A model generated the notes under the pieces. It was not told where the DNA came from. It searched no databases and saw only the letters and a list, made by a program, of their open reading frames with translations. This document shows positions 1 through 10,938 of a stretch of 64,000 nt of DNA, one piece after another; position 1 is the first letter of the stretch; each line of letters starts with the position of its first letter. Made by a program: the position numbers and the translations under genes. Source of the DNA: Candidatus Heimdallarchaeota archaeon (GTDB lineage Archaea; Asgardarchaeota; Heimdallarchaeia; Hodarchaeales; Hodarchaeaceae); contig RDOB01000004.1 of the NCBI GenBank assembly GCA_011364965.1, positions 424,769 through 488,768 of the forward strand. The letters run 5' to 3'.

Positions 1-2421
1 CAATCAGGAGTACAACTTATTCGGCAAATCTTTCCTGTAACGCTCAGAAAAAATAACAACAGGTCTGATCCTCCTTATACCGCATTGATGATCCTCGTAC
101 GTGTATATAGGATGTTTCATCTTAAATCCGAGGCATTTTTACCTGTTATCCTACGAGAAGAACGGAAATTGTTTTTACGCCAAAGATCGATGATTTATAC
201 CATGTTGGAAGCCAGCGGTTGTAAAGTAACGTTGATTTCGGGAAAAAAGCTTATAGGAACACATCTACACGGAGACAAGGTAGCAGAAGGTATCTCGGTC
301 TTTAAGGGGAGGAAGGGGTTTCATTCAAAATTAACTGAACCATTTCTTAGGTTAGATCGTGTTCCCACCCGACAGGTAATCGATTATGCTGTACCTACAC
401 TGCCCGTAACCCATCGACTTGGAAGTCGGTTAGATAACCCCTCAATCCCTGTGGGGTTACCACAGGTGAGTACAGGAAAGATCGTAGTCTGTGGGTCCAG
501 TAACACGGAGTTAATAAGTACCTTACAGGAGTTAATTCACTCGATTAGTAAAACCCCCACTATTAAGCGGATCTTTGTGATTGATACAAGAAGTGAACTC
601 AATGGATTCATCTCATATATCCTACAGAATCCACAACTATCCCACATCCCGCAAATGTTTCGTTTGGGAGAGAATGTCCACCTCAACCTATGCGACATCC
701 TCGTACCTCTCTCTCCAAGTGGTGAGACACAAGATAAAGATGCTAGAGCTGCGTGGAAAGCACACGTTATCAGTCAAATCCTCCTTAATTCCTTTCACAC
801 AACAGAATACCTCGCGTCGAGATATGCAGTACCGCTTGAATCGCAAATTCGTAAGGTTGCGGAAACAAACCATCTGTTTTCATTACGGGATGTCGCCCGT
901 AGCTTGAGTGGCGTGAATGACGCGAACCAACAAATTAGTGGTGAGGGCACAAATATGTTATTCTCAGATGTGATGACTATAGAGGCACTTGTGGGGCTCT
1001 TGGAACAGTTTCGGTCGTTTCCAGAGGTGAACTACCAATCATTTAGCGGTCATTATGGAAATCTGATGGTGCAGGAAGGTAGTTTGTCTTTCTTTCAATT
1101 TGGAGCCCAGCCACCCCTCATTCGTCGAGCTACTGTCGGTTTCTTGCTCCATTACCTCTCACAGACTATGCAAGGGGGGTGTGTAGTTCTCACGCATGCA
1201 GATGAGGTGTTTCAAAAACAAACAGGATATAAACGTGATCAGGAAATCGGAACTTCCACCATCCTTGAGACATGGAAGACTATTGCGGCAAATAACGTAT
1301 TAATCCTAGGAAATACGCGCCTGCAGCCCCTTGCGGTGAATATGGACAATTTCGAGGGGGTACGGAATGCAGTGTACCTCAGACTGGTCAACGCACAAGA
1401 CAGGGATATAATCATCAATAAACACGAGCTAACAGGGCAAGATCCACAAATTCAGGCCAAACCATATCTAAAACAACAAACGCTCGGGATCGCGGAAGGT
1501 GAGGGGTTGCTATTTCGGGAAGATGTTCCGCAAACCGTAGGATTCCATTTTAAGCTAGAATCATTACTGCCATTCGATCCTAAACCAATCCCAGTGCGGA
1601 CAACAAAGCAGCGAGGAGCAGAAACACTGGGATTAACTCCTGAGAAGTATGAACTACTCATGCAACTGCTAAAACTAATGATTCATCATCCCTGTAACTC
1701 TGATGAAGCAATGGCACTTATCGAACCTACGAAACACGGAGAGCTAACACTCGATTATTTTACCCCGTTAGAATTATACGAAACACAAATCGATGGGGGA
1801 AATAACTACTGGATTATCACTTCGAAAGGACGAGAGTACTATGCTAAACAAAACGACTTCCTGAATTCTCTACCCCCACCGTTACCCCATGAGAAAGTAT
1901 CACATGTACAGGACGAGTTGAAGCGCTTAGAAGCTATCTATGACCTCAATTCTCCACAAGCTGAGCGACTTGCGATTAATACTAAGGTGAAACTACTAGT
2001 AGGACAATTATTGAGCCTGTACCGCCACCTACGAGTTACATCAACTCCATGGAGTCGTGTGGCGGAATACCATGACTTAATAACGATCAATTCATTAGAC
2101 TGGCAAGATTTTCGTAGTCTGTTTAGTCTAGCTTATAATATGGTTACAAATCTAATGCTGGAAATAGATCAGCTACAGAAACAGCAGTCGGAAGCGGCCC
2201 TAGAAGATCAGCTGCGTCAAACTGTGTTACGAGCGGAATCCCAGAGGACAAATTTAGACAGTTTTTTGCCTCCTGCAACCCTAATGAAACTCCAAGAGCT
2301 ATCAACGGAAATTGGAGTAGCTATTTATCCTGAAACTGGTATAGTTGATCTTACTTATGCACTTAAACTTCAAGGCCGTTCATTATTTGAAGAACTAGCA
2401 ATAAAGAAGGAGAGAGGGTAA
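1..2421 (+). CDS. HerA/VirB4-like P-loop ATPase homologue with degenerate motifs; 5' end outside the window
   Basis: Frame is open from base 1. Motifs follow HerA/VirB4 order but are degenerate: KIVVCGSSNTEL (Walker A position), IFVIDTRSEL (cf. VIDPKGEY), CVVLTHADEVF (Walker B position), VLILGNTR (cf. LATQRP). Confidence 0.55.
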   Translation, partial: QSGVQLIRQIFPVTLRKNNNRSDPPYTALMILVRVYRMFHLKSEAFLPVILREERKLFLRQRSMIYTMLEASGCKVTLISGKKLIGTHLHGDKVAEGISVFKGRKGFHSKLTEPFLRLDRVPTRQVIDYAVPTLPVTHRLGSRLDNPSIPVGLPQVSTGKIVVCGSSNTELISTLQELIHSISKTPTIKRIFVIDTRSELNGFISYILQNPQLSHIPQMFRLGENVHLNLCDILVPLSPSGETQDKDARAAWKAHVISQILLNSFHTTEYLASRYAVPLESQIRKVAETNHLFSLRDVARSLSGVNDANQQISGEGTNMLFSDVMTIEALVGLLEQFRSFPEVNYQSFSGHYGNLMVQEGSLSFFQFGAQPPLIRRATVGFLLHYLSQTMQGGCVVLTHADEVFQKQTGYKRDQEIGTSTILETWKTIAANNVLILGNTRLQPLAVNMDNFEGVRNAVYLRLVNAQDRDIIINKHELTGQDPQIQAKPYLKQQTLGIAEGEGLLFREDVPQTVGFHFKLESLLPFDPKPIPVRTTKQRGAETLGLTPEKYELLMQLLKLMIHHPCNSDEAMALIEPTKHGELTLDYFTPLELYETQIDGGNNYWIITSKGREYYAKQNDFLNSLPPPLPHEKVSHVQDELKRLEAIYDLNSPQAERLAINTKVKLLVGQLLSLYRHLRVTSTPWSRVAEYHDLITINSLDWQDFRSLFSLAYNMVTNLMLEIDQLQKQQSEAALEDQLRQTVLRAESQRTNLDSFLPPATLMKLQELSTEIGVAIYPETGIVDLTYALKLQGRSLFEELAIKKERG

Positions 2422-2581
2422 CGTACTTAATATAAATCATTCAAATTGAAATTAGAGTAATAATTTAGCATTTTGCGTCAGAATATTGAAATGAAGGGTA
2501 CAGGGAATATAGTATAGATGGCAATATTCACTTTAACCTGTCTATATTTTTTCCAGAATATCTTGTTTATATCCCTATGGG

Positions 2582-3982
2582 GTGTTTAAAATCTTTAATC
2601 TTGTAGAAGAAGCATATGAGTCGTTTGATCAGCTTTCATACAACGAGCTTATGCATATACGAGGGCAAAATCGAGTTATATCCCTTTACTCAATGAAAAA
2701 TAGAGTCTTAGAAGAAGCATCACGTAACTTTTCACTGGGATTGGGAACCCGAATATTATCAAATGGAGCTTGGGGGTTTACTAGAACAAATATCATGGAT
2801 TCAGACAATATACGTTCATCCATGGTAATGGCGAAGAAACTTGCACAAACCGCTTCCAATTATCAAAGAACCAAAATCACTCTTTCAGAAACACGTCCCG
2901 TACATGACTCTGTTAAGAGTCAATGCCACAAACCCATAGAAATCGCTTCTCAGGATCAAATTATAAAAACACTCCAAGAAATTTCCACTGGGATATCCAC
3001 TTCTTTAACCGAATTAAAAAATATAAATTTAAGCCTCCTCGGTTTGACAGATAGAAAAATCTTTTTGAGTTCAGAAGGATCAAGGATTCAAGAAGAATTC
3101 TCCAAGGTGCAACTGAAAATTGATCTCCTCCTAAAAAAGCATGATCAATTAATACCGTTTTCAGAAACTTACGGACATACAGGCGGAATGGAGCTTTTTG
3201 ATAAAATTGATACAGATAGTATAGCAGAAAATATAGTAACAGAAGCAAAACCACTATTAGAAGCCAAAGCATGTCCAGCTGGGATCTTTAAAGTGATAAT
3301 TCAGCCTTCTTTATGTGCAACGTTATTACATGAAGCAATTGGGCACCCATTGGAAGCAGATCTCGCTATGGCAGGAGGAGGGTTTAATGAAACTTTAATG
3401 GGAAGAAAGGTCTCTTCAGAGCTAGTAACAATATATGATTCAGGATTAGTGGAGGGGGGTTTGGGCTATTTCAATTATGATGATGAAGGAGTAAAATGTA
3501 GTCCAACCACGTTAATTGAAAATGGAACCCTTGAATCTTATATGCATGATAGGACATCAGCAGCTATTTCAGACGTAGAATCCACAGGAAACTCTCATGC
3601 CTGGGATTATAGCGTACCACCTTTGATACGACAAACCAATATTGGAATGAAGGCGGGGGATTGTACTATGGATGAACTAATTGAAGATATAAACCAAGGC
3701 CTTCTCCTCGAGGGTACTTTTGGAGGGATGGCCAACTCAAATGCCGATTTTACTTTTGGTTTCCAACAGGCATTTCAGATAAGACAAGGGCATATTGATC
3801 AGGTATATTTAGGGGCCAATGTGTCAGGAAACGCCATCGAAGTCTTTCAAACAATAGATGGAATCAGTAACAAAGCGATATTACGACCTGGGGCCTGTGG
3901 GAAGGGGCAGTTCGCGATCCAAGGACGTATCGTGCCTGCGATACGCTGTAATATTATGATCGGAGGTAAAGGAGGTACATAG
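2582..3982 (+). CDS. tldD: TldD/PmbA family metalloprotease, TldD subunit
   Basis: GAWGF N-terminal motif, HEAIGHPLEAD zinc motif, YDDEG, C-terminal CGKGQ. Confidence 0.92.
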   Translation: MFKIFNLVEEAYESFDQLSYNELMHIRGQNRVISLYSMKNRVLEEASRNFSLGLGTRILSNGAWGFTRTNIMDSDNIRSSMVMAKKLAQTASNYQRTKITLSETRPVHDSVKSQCHKPIEIASQDQIIKTLQEISTGISTSLTELKNINLSLLGLTDRKIFLSSEGSRIQEEFSKVQLKIDLLLKKHDQLIPFSETYGHTGGMELFDKIDTDSIAENIVTEAKPLLEAKACPAGIFKVIIQPSLCATLLHEAIGHPLEADLAMAGGGFNETLMGRKVSSELVTIYDSGLVEGGLGYFNYDDEGVKCSPTTLIENGTLESYMHDRTSAAISDVESTGNSHAWDYSVPPLIRQTNIGMKAGDCTMDELIEDINQGLLLEGTFGGMANSNADFTFGFQQAFQIRQGHIDQVYLGANVSGNAIEVFQTIDGISNKAILRPGACGKGQFAIQGRIVPAIRCNIMIGGKGGT

Positions 3983-5386
3983 ATGGCAATTAATCAAACT
4001 TGGGAAATTCTCAAGGAGAACGTTCAGTGGGCGTTAAGACTTATAGAAGAGCATATTGTTGCAGCAGAAGCATTCTACACACTAAAAAACCTCACCCAGA
4101 TTCAAATTAGAAATTCAGAGATAACAGGGAATAATCAAGGTATAGATGGAGGAATCGGATTCCGAACATTAATTGGAGGCAATCGATTAGGATTTACTTC
4201 TACCAACAACTTTTTGAAAAAAGAAGAAGTCCTTAAAGCAGTAGAAAATGCCATCAACCTCGCTCAGATTAGTACTCCCAATGAACATGTCTGTTTTCCA
4301 GAAAAATCCAACCCTAAAATTATTAAGGGCCTATTTGATAATGAATTTGTCACTACTACTATAGATGAAGCTCTAGATATTGCAAAATCAGGATTAATCG
4401 CAACAGAAGCAGTTGATAAACGAGTAAAAGTGAAACGAGGAGAATTGTTTCTCGAATATGGATGGAAAGGAATTCAAAATACTCTAGGAGTAGAGGTGGA
4501 AACCAAAAACAGTCGGGGAGTCTTCTATCTCGGCGCAATTGCACAGGAGCAAGATCAAGTGACTGGATTATGTTCAGAGATAAACCGTACTACCTCCTTG
4601 GATTTTGATGCACAAAAACAGGGAGAGACAGTGGCGAGAAAAGTATTAAACCTTTTGAATCCAAAAACAATTACGAGCTTCACCGGGCCAGTGATTTTTT
4701 CCCCTGAAGTCGTTGCTGATCACATTTTTGCAGTCATAACAGAAGCATTGAAAGGAGACAATGTAATTGCGAACTCCTCAGCTTGGACAGATAGGATAGG
4801 AAGCCCAGTAGCCATAAATAGCCTTACAATTTCTGATAACCCCTTATTACAGGCTAATTTTGCCTCTCAACCATTTGATGATGAAGGAGCAGCAACTACT
4901 CAAACACTCCTAGTCAAGAATGGAGAATTAAAACAATTTTTACAACATTCCAGTAGCGCAAAAGCTTTCAACGATAAAACGACAGGAAATGCATCCCGAT
5001 ACGGTACGGGTTGGGACATTACACGACTGATTGTAGGTTCGGGCTATAAGGTACAACCCATAGTATACCCCCACAATTTAATCATTGAACCAAGCCAATA
5101 TACTTTAACTGACCTTATCGAAGAGGTGAGTCATGGGCTTTTCATTGATTCGGTTGCAGGTTTCCCCCATCCAGGTTCAGGACTGGTGAGTGCACAAATA
5201 TCCAGAGGATTTTTTATTGAAAAAGGAGAACTTACGCAGGCAATAAAGGATACTATGGTTGTAGGAAATGTTTTTGAGTGGTTACAGCATATCTCAGGTG
5301 TCTCGAAAGAAACTAAACAATTTGATTTCTGTCATATGCCTGCCCTCCGTGTTGAGGAGGTAAAAATCGTAGGAAGAGAACAATAA
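3983..5386 (+). CDS. pmbA: TldD/PmbA family protein, PmbA/TldE subunit
   Basis: Abuts tldD; PFDDEG and TGNASR motifs; no HExxH. Confidence 0.9.
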   Translation: MAINQTWEILKENVQWALRLIEEHIVAAEAFYTLKNLTQIQIRNSEITGNNQGIDGGIGFRTLIGGNRLGFTSTNNFLKKEEVLKAVENAINLAQISTPNEHVCFPEKSNPKIIKGLFDNEFVTTTIDEALDIAKSGLIATEAVDKRVKVKRGELFLEYGWKGIQNTLGVEVETKNSRGVFYLGAIAQEQDQVTGLCSEINRTTSLDFDAQKQGETVARKVLNLLNPKTITSFTGPVIFSPEVVADHIFAVITEALKGDNVIANSSAWTDRIGSPVAINSLTISDNPLLQANFASQPFDDEGAATTQTLLVKNGELKQFLQHSSSAKAFNDKTTGNASRYGTGWDITRLIVGSGYKVQPIVYPHNLIIEPSQYTLTDLIEEVSHGLFIDSVAGFPHPGSGLVSAQISRGFFIEKGELTQAIKDTMVVGNVFEWLQHISGVSKETKQFDFCHMPALRVEEVKIVGREQ

Positions 5387-5466
5387 CTGAATTAAAGATG
5401 AAAACTAAAAAAAAATCATTTGTGTCAATAATTTACTTCGAAACATCCTGATTCGAGGGTTTGAAT

Positions 5467-6358
5467 GTGCATATTAAGAAACATACATCTTTTTTTGGTG
5501 TGTTGTTATCCCTTTCGTTTTCTGTCCTCTACCTCAGGACATGGGGGAAAAATAAGTAGTAATAGCACTGTGACTCAGGAAACTACTGGGCCTCCGTACT
5601 ATATAATCTCATACTAGTATTATGTTTATACTGCGTGTTATAAATGGGGGTTTCCAATTATCGATTATTCCAACCTCAGTTGTCCCAAAGTGGTGAATCG
5701 GATTCCCCTTAATACATGGCATTCTTTTAAAAATATTCAGGTTCAGAAATATGGAGTATATATTGGAGATTATCGATATGGGATTTACGGTCTTAGTTAT
5801 GATCCTATCCACCCACTCTGTCTATGGACTTATGACGTAAAACGTGGAAAAATAGGGCCAAAAGCCATTAAACAAACAATTTCTAATCGATTCTTCGTTT
5901 TGAACTTCTAGCAAAAAATTGCGGAGGAAGAAGAAGCTTTAATGTTCTATATTATTCCCCGAGTAAACTCCACGATGTGCGGTCAACCATATAATGTTTA
6001 CTATCCCATTGAGCAGCAATATAACCACTTTACTCTACTGGAAGAGAACATTCTTGCTGTGGGTGATGAGAATAATACACTCATTTTCTTTGAAATCACT
6101 GAAAAACAGCAATTAGAGTACATAACTGCAATCTGTCTCGGCTCTAATGGAACGATAAGAGATCTTTGTCCCCTTACGAATACGAAAGAAATCTACATTG
6201 TGGACGGAGCTAATGGTTTACTGAAATTAGCCATTCAGGTTGAATAATCAACACAATCGGGGCTTTATGGTTTTGAAAGTCGGATCTTAATTCTTGGAGG
6301 GTGTCTCATTATCTTAAACAAAAAACGAAAGCAAGAATTCTACCTTCCTTCTGATTAA
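5467..6358 (+). pseudogene. Decayed secreted beta-propeller (LVIVD-like) surface protein with C-terminal sorting tail
   Basis: Signal-peptide-like start; fragments YIGDYRYGIYGL and IYIVDGANGLLKL. After the in-frame TAA at 6245-6247 the frame continues STQSGLYGFESRILILGGCLIILNKKRK (GFE-TM-basic tail). Confidence 0.55.
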
Positions 6359-6510
6359 GAGGGAGTAAAGGCTCTTCAGCCCTAAAAAAGGGAGCATAAT
6401 CACTAAGAAATTTCCTTCAAAATAAACAGAACTCTCCTCTGGGGAGCAATCGACTTCTCAGATCATATATTATTTAATCAGGAATTCCGAAAAAGGACTG
6501 AGATTCGACT

Positions 6511-7260
6511 ATGGTAAAATTGAAAATGTGGGCCAATCTTTCTACTCCTGTTCAACAAATAGCGTTTTTAATGAGTAGTATATGGGCTATTGCTCCATTA
6601 ATTGCCCGAATTATCGCTATCATGATTACAGGTGCAACTGGATTGGTCTTAGTATCATATTATTTCTGGAACATTGCAGATTTAACACTGGGATTATTTT
6701 TCCGGGCATTCCGACTAAATACATTGGCTTATAGTTTTTTAAATTTTCATTCTGTTCCTTACTTGCAGTTTTTATTTGTAATTTTTGTGCAAATCTCCCG
6801 TTTAGGAGGTATCGTAGGGATCCTGCTGTTTATTGGAGCTGTGATCGAATTAGCACGAAGTAAACAGCGGAAAGAAAGCATAACGACCACAAATATCTAT
6901 AGCATAATCCGTCATCCTCAAAATGTAGCGTTTATCTTGATGGGATTAGGATACCTTTTTCTTCTAGAAGTACGCTTAGGAGATGTCTTCTCATGGTCAA
7001 TTTTTACCTTTATAGTCATTATGGAGGCCCGATGGGAGGAAAAACGGTTACTAAAGCAGTTTCCAACGGAATACACATTATATAAAACAAATACTCCATT
7101 TATGATCCCTTTAGTGCGGTTTCCTGCTTTCCAGAGGGTACACAACCTGTCGTACAAACAAGAATTAGGAATCGGGATACTAATCTATTTGATTCTTTCA
7201 ATTCCAACATTTACTTTTCTAGAATCGTTTTCTATGGGCACATTCGGACTTATCAGCTGA
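6511..7260 (+). CDS. Isoprenylcysteine carboxyl methyltransferase (ICMT/PEMT)-family membrane protein
   Basis: IYSIIRHPQ and EEKRLLKQFPTEYTLYK..TP motifs; multiple TM segments. Confidence 0.8.
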   Translation: MVKLKMWANLSTPVQQIAFLMSSIWAIAPLIARIIAIMITGATGLVLVSYYFWNIADLTLGLFFRAFRLNTLAYSFLNFHSVPYLQFLFVIFVQISRLGGIVGILLFIGAVIELARSKQRKESITTTNIYSIIRHPQNVAFILMGLGYLFLLEVRLGDVFSWSIFTFIVIMEARWEEKRLLKQFPTEYTLYKTNTPFMIPLVRFPAFQRVHNLSYKQELGIGILIYLILSIPTFTFLESFSMGTFGLIS

Positions 7261-7475
7261 AATTCTAAAATGCCAACTCTTATTAGGCTATTGGAGTCAT
7301 TATTTTAGCGTGATATTGAAGGGGGAAAAATCTCTTTTTATTCTTTGAATGCAGAGAAAATATAGGGAGAGGTTTATTGAATTTTAAACAGCTTTCATGA
7401 TTGTTTCTATTTCCCCTTTTAAAAGGTTATAAAGGGGGAATCCCTTAATTGACCACTTAAGGAAGCTAAGGCCAA

Positions 7476-7790
7476 ATGAGGAAACATGAAGAATTAGAAG
7501 AAAAATCAGCCCCATGTATCACGAGAAGTGTCGCTTTTTGTATCGATGGCTGTTTTAATTTTGTACCCTGTTATTTTTTCTGGAAAGATAATCTTAGACA
7601 CGGACAGAGCTTTGGAAAAAGACTCTTCGGACTCCGCGTTGTCAACTTCTCAGATGGAAAACCTATCACCCTCTCAACCTCCTGCATGAGGAACTGCTGC
7701 TTCTGCTGTCCTTGCTTAGCATTAAAAACCAAAAGTAAAAGACGCTTGGGGGATTATTTCGCAGGAACCATTGTTATAAAAGATACTTAA
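7476..7790 (+). CDS. RDD family protein, Cys-rich
   Basis: RSVAFCID, GQSFGKRLFGLRVV, RRLGDYFAGTIVI. Confidence 0.85.
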   Translation: MRKHEELEEKSAPCITRSVAFCIDGCFNFVPCYFFWKDNLRHGQSFGKRLFGLRVVNFSDGKPITLSTSCMRNCCFCCPCLALKTKSKRRLGDYFAGTIVIKDT

Positions 7791-7823
7791 CTTAAATCAC
7801 CCAATCGTGGCTGAATCTAGATT

Positions 7824-8416
7824 ATGAAACGACTAGCCATTCCAATTATCGAGTGTTTTTTGACGATTTTATTCTCACCTAGTAAGTTCAACAGTTTGTA
7901 CTGAACCATTCACTCTTCAGATTATCGGTTGTCATCATTATGCAGGATTAATTCCTCCCAATATCACGTGTACATATGATGCACGGGGATAATGACGAAA
8001 TTATTTTCGAGCTTCAATACAATGAGAAAGAAAGCATTAATATTACCAGCATAGAGATTTGGCAGACGCTACATTTCTATAATTCATATTGGAACGTAAC
8101 AACCAGAAAGACGATTGAAATCCCTGATGTTCCCTTGTCTCAAGGAGACCAGTATTATTTCCTAGCATCAGGGTTATTTATATTCATAGATCAAGGGAAG
8201 ACATTTACACAAGGACCTTTTTATGCGAAAATAATAGTGTCAGATGTTGACTATTGGATAACATTAGAGAGTTTTCCAGATACAATTCAAGAGGTTACTG
8301 AAGCAAACCTTCTGCCAAATACCCAGCTCTCAGAGAGAATCTCTTCAATCCGCATTTCCATATTACTTCCAAGCATTAGTTTCCTTGCGCTTCGGAAGAA
8401 AATCCATAGAAAATGA
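7824..8416 (+). pseudogene. Frameshifted secreted/surface protein; ORF 7976-8416 is the C-terminal part
   Basis: ATG at 7824 opens a signal-peptide-like MKRLAIPII; two frame changes are needed to reach the 146-aa ORF, which ends in a hydrophobic-plus-basic tail. Confidence 0.4.
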
Positions 8417-8532
8417 CCAAAAAGTAAACATATTAAGCTAGAGAGTACAAAGTTGCCACTAGCTTTAACCTTATAATCAAAGAGTCTAAATCAAAACACG
8501 CTTCTAAGACCAAATCCTTACAAGGTGATAGA

Positions 8533-9558
8533 ATGAGTAATGATGATCAGCAATCCTCACGGAAAACACTCCTTGAAAAGATTAGTGTGAGATATGGAGT
8601 ATCTAGCAATGATTTTCACTTTTTAGCGGAAGCTGACAACAATTTCATTTATGAATTCATCTTAGAAGGAAAAGAATATATTTTAAGGGCAGGAACACGC
8701 CATAAAGAGGAGTTAATACAGGCAGAAATAGAATGGATTCTCTTTCTTCACTCTCAGAACATTAAAGTATCAATTCCTGTTCACTCAAAAGTTAAAAAGT
8801 ACCTAGAGCAAGTAGAACACGAAGGAAAAATCTATCAGGTTGTGGCATTTGAAAAAGCTCTTGGAGATCGCGTTGAACTCCGAAATCCAGCTGAATGGAA
8901 CGAACAATTCTGGGAAACCATGGGGAAGGTTATGGCAAACCTCCATCAGGCCTCAGTTTTATATAATAGTCACGAACCTCAATACCGACGCCCCATGTAT
9001 TACGAGGATGAGTATGTGGTAGGTTTGGACGACTATTTAGATTCTGAAGAGGACAAAGCAATATTTCAAATTGCAAACCGTTTGTTAAAACACTTTGAAG
9101 AACTACCTACCAATCCCGATGCATTCGGGGTGATCCACACGGATCTTCACACTGATAACTTCCATAAACACGGAAACAATATGATTATATTTGACTGGGA
9201 CGATTCATACTATTTTTTCTTTATATATGACCTTGCTGCAGCATTTCACGAAACAATCTGGGATAATCCAGTAGAGAAACGACAAGAATTTGCTGATCGA
9301 TTTATACCTGTTTTTTGGAAAGGTTACTCATCAGTTTATCCTCTGGATCGTAAATGGTTAAATTATCTGTCGGAATTTTTCAAATGGCGAGAGTTCATCA
9401 TTTATGTCTGTGTAGTAAAGGATTTGAAAAAAGGGCCGCCTAATAAGCAAACGAAGTTATTTTTAAACAATGTGAAGACTGAATTTCGAGACTTGCTTGT
9501 GAACAATAAGCAAATGGTAGACATTCCTAGTGATTTGGCAAAATGGTTTCCACATTAA
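8533..9558 (+). CDS. APH/choline-kinase-family phosphotransferase (YerI/AmiN-like)
   Basis: IHTDLHTDNF and IFDWDD motifs. Confidence 0.85.
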   Translation: MSNDDQQSSRKTLLEKISVRYGVSSNDFHFLAEADNNFIYEFILEGKEYILRAGTRHKEELIQAEIEWILFLHSQNIKVSIPVHSKVKKYLEQVEHEGKIYQVVAFEKALGDRVELRNPAEWNEQFWETMGKVMANLHQASVLYNSHEPQYRRPMYYEDEYVVGLDDYLDSEEDKAIFQIANRLLKHFEELPTNPDAFGVIHTDLHTDNFHKHGNNMIIFDWDDSYYFFFIYDLAAAFHETIWDNPVEKRQEFADRFIPVFWKGYSSVYPLDRKWLNYLSEFFKWREFIIYVCVVKDLKKGPPNKQTKLFLNNVKTEFRDLLVNNKQMVDIPSDLAKWFPH

Positions 9559-9633
9559 AGGGAAGTATCCTACCCAGAGGAGGTATACGATATTTTGAAT
9601 AAATCCCAATAAAGTAGAAAAGGAGCTCAAACG

Positions 9634-10455
9634 ATGGAAACAAGAAAAGAATACATAAAGGAATTATTTAAAAAGAATAGAAGTATACTTAAAGCCCCTG
9701 ACTGGGCTACTATGCCACCCCCTGAAGATTGGGAATCAGATCAACAGAAGGGAGTGGAAGAACCTCCCGCTCAAAAGGTTTATGCAAAAGATGCCCAAAT
9801 TACAAACCTCATCCCTCATACAGAGTTTAATTCAAAAAATTTTCCTATCAGCTTAATAGAGGCCATTACAAATCGACGCAGTCGTAGAAATTATAGCGAA
9901 AAACCATTAACTCTAAAAGAACTGTCATTTTTACTTTATACAACCCAAGGTGTGCAGAAAATAGGGATTGATGAACGCCACGGACAAAAAAGGGCATTAA
10001 AACGAACTGTACCATCAGGGGGATCGCGGCATCCCTTTGAAACTTACCTAGTCGTACAACGCGTAGAGAACCTATCGCCAGGAATCTATCGTTATCTTGC
10101 TATAGAGGAGAAGCTGTTGTTCGTAAAACCAATTGAGGAAACAACTATTGGAGAGACGTTATCGAGATTTACTAATGATCAAACTTTTTCAGGTAGAAGC
10201 GCAGTTTTCTTTATTTGGACAGTTACACCTTATCGGACGGAATGGCGGTACTCACTGATTTCCTACAGAACCATACCGATCGAAGTGGGGCATATCTGTC
10301 AAAACTTATATCTAGCATGTGAGGCTATTAATGCAGGGATGTGTGCGATTTTGGCATATGATCAAAAAGGGATCGACGACTTAATTGGAGTGGATGGGGA
10401 AGAAGAGTTTGCTACTTACGTAGCTCCGGTAGGAAAGAGGAAAGAAAAAGAATGA
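9634..10455 (+). CDS. SagB/ThcOx-family nitroreductase-like dehydrogenase
   Basis: RRSRRNY, RTVPSGGSRHPFETY, EVGHICQNLYL. Confidence 0.9.
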   Translation: METRKEYIKELFKKNRSILKAPDWATMPPPEDWESDQQKGVEEPPAQKVYAKDAQITNLIPHTEFNSKNFPISLIEAITNRRSRRNYSEKPLTLKELSFLLYTTQGVQKIGIDERHGQKRALKRTVPSGGSRHPFETYLVVQRVENLSPGIYRYLAIEEKLLFVKPIEETTIGETLSRFTNDQTFSGRSAVFFIWTVTPYRTEWRYSLISYRTIPIEVGHICQNLYLACEAINAGMCAILAYDQKGIDDLIGVDGEEEFATYVAPVGKRKEKE

Positions 10456-10938
10456 GTAAAAGATTTTAAACCAGTATGACCAAAAGAATGGAAGAGTCCA
10501 AAAAATGTAGGTCTTCCTTGGAAAGTAAGATGAAGAATATACTCAATATGAATAACAAACTTCTTATAATCATAATATTAGTACTTGTTGGAATATTCAC
10601 TCCTTCCATTATTTTAGTGACAAATAAACCATTTTTACAGTAGGAAAAGTTGAATACTCAACATAAATATTCCTTCAAACAAATAAAAGGGAGTATTTTC
10701 AAAGAATCAATCCCTTTATGCATTGAAAATAACACTGATTTTCACACTCTACATTTTAGTTAAAAATGTACGGTACTGCACATGGGTAAATAGAGATTAT
10801 TATCCTAATTTCTCTTCACCTAATGATCGACAATTATTCGATAGTTATTTTTTATTAATTAAATATTACAGAAAGAAAAGGATCAGAAAGAAATGTTTAA
10901 GACAATCGAATGCTACTTCTTAGATCCCTGAAATATTC

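Noticed and set aside
2582-10455. Microcin/TOMM RiPP cluster (TldD/E plus SagB)
   Set aside because: No YcaO or precursor peptide; the genes are separated by unrelated ORFs and both families are common stand-alone in archaea.
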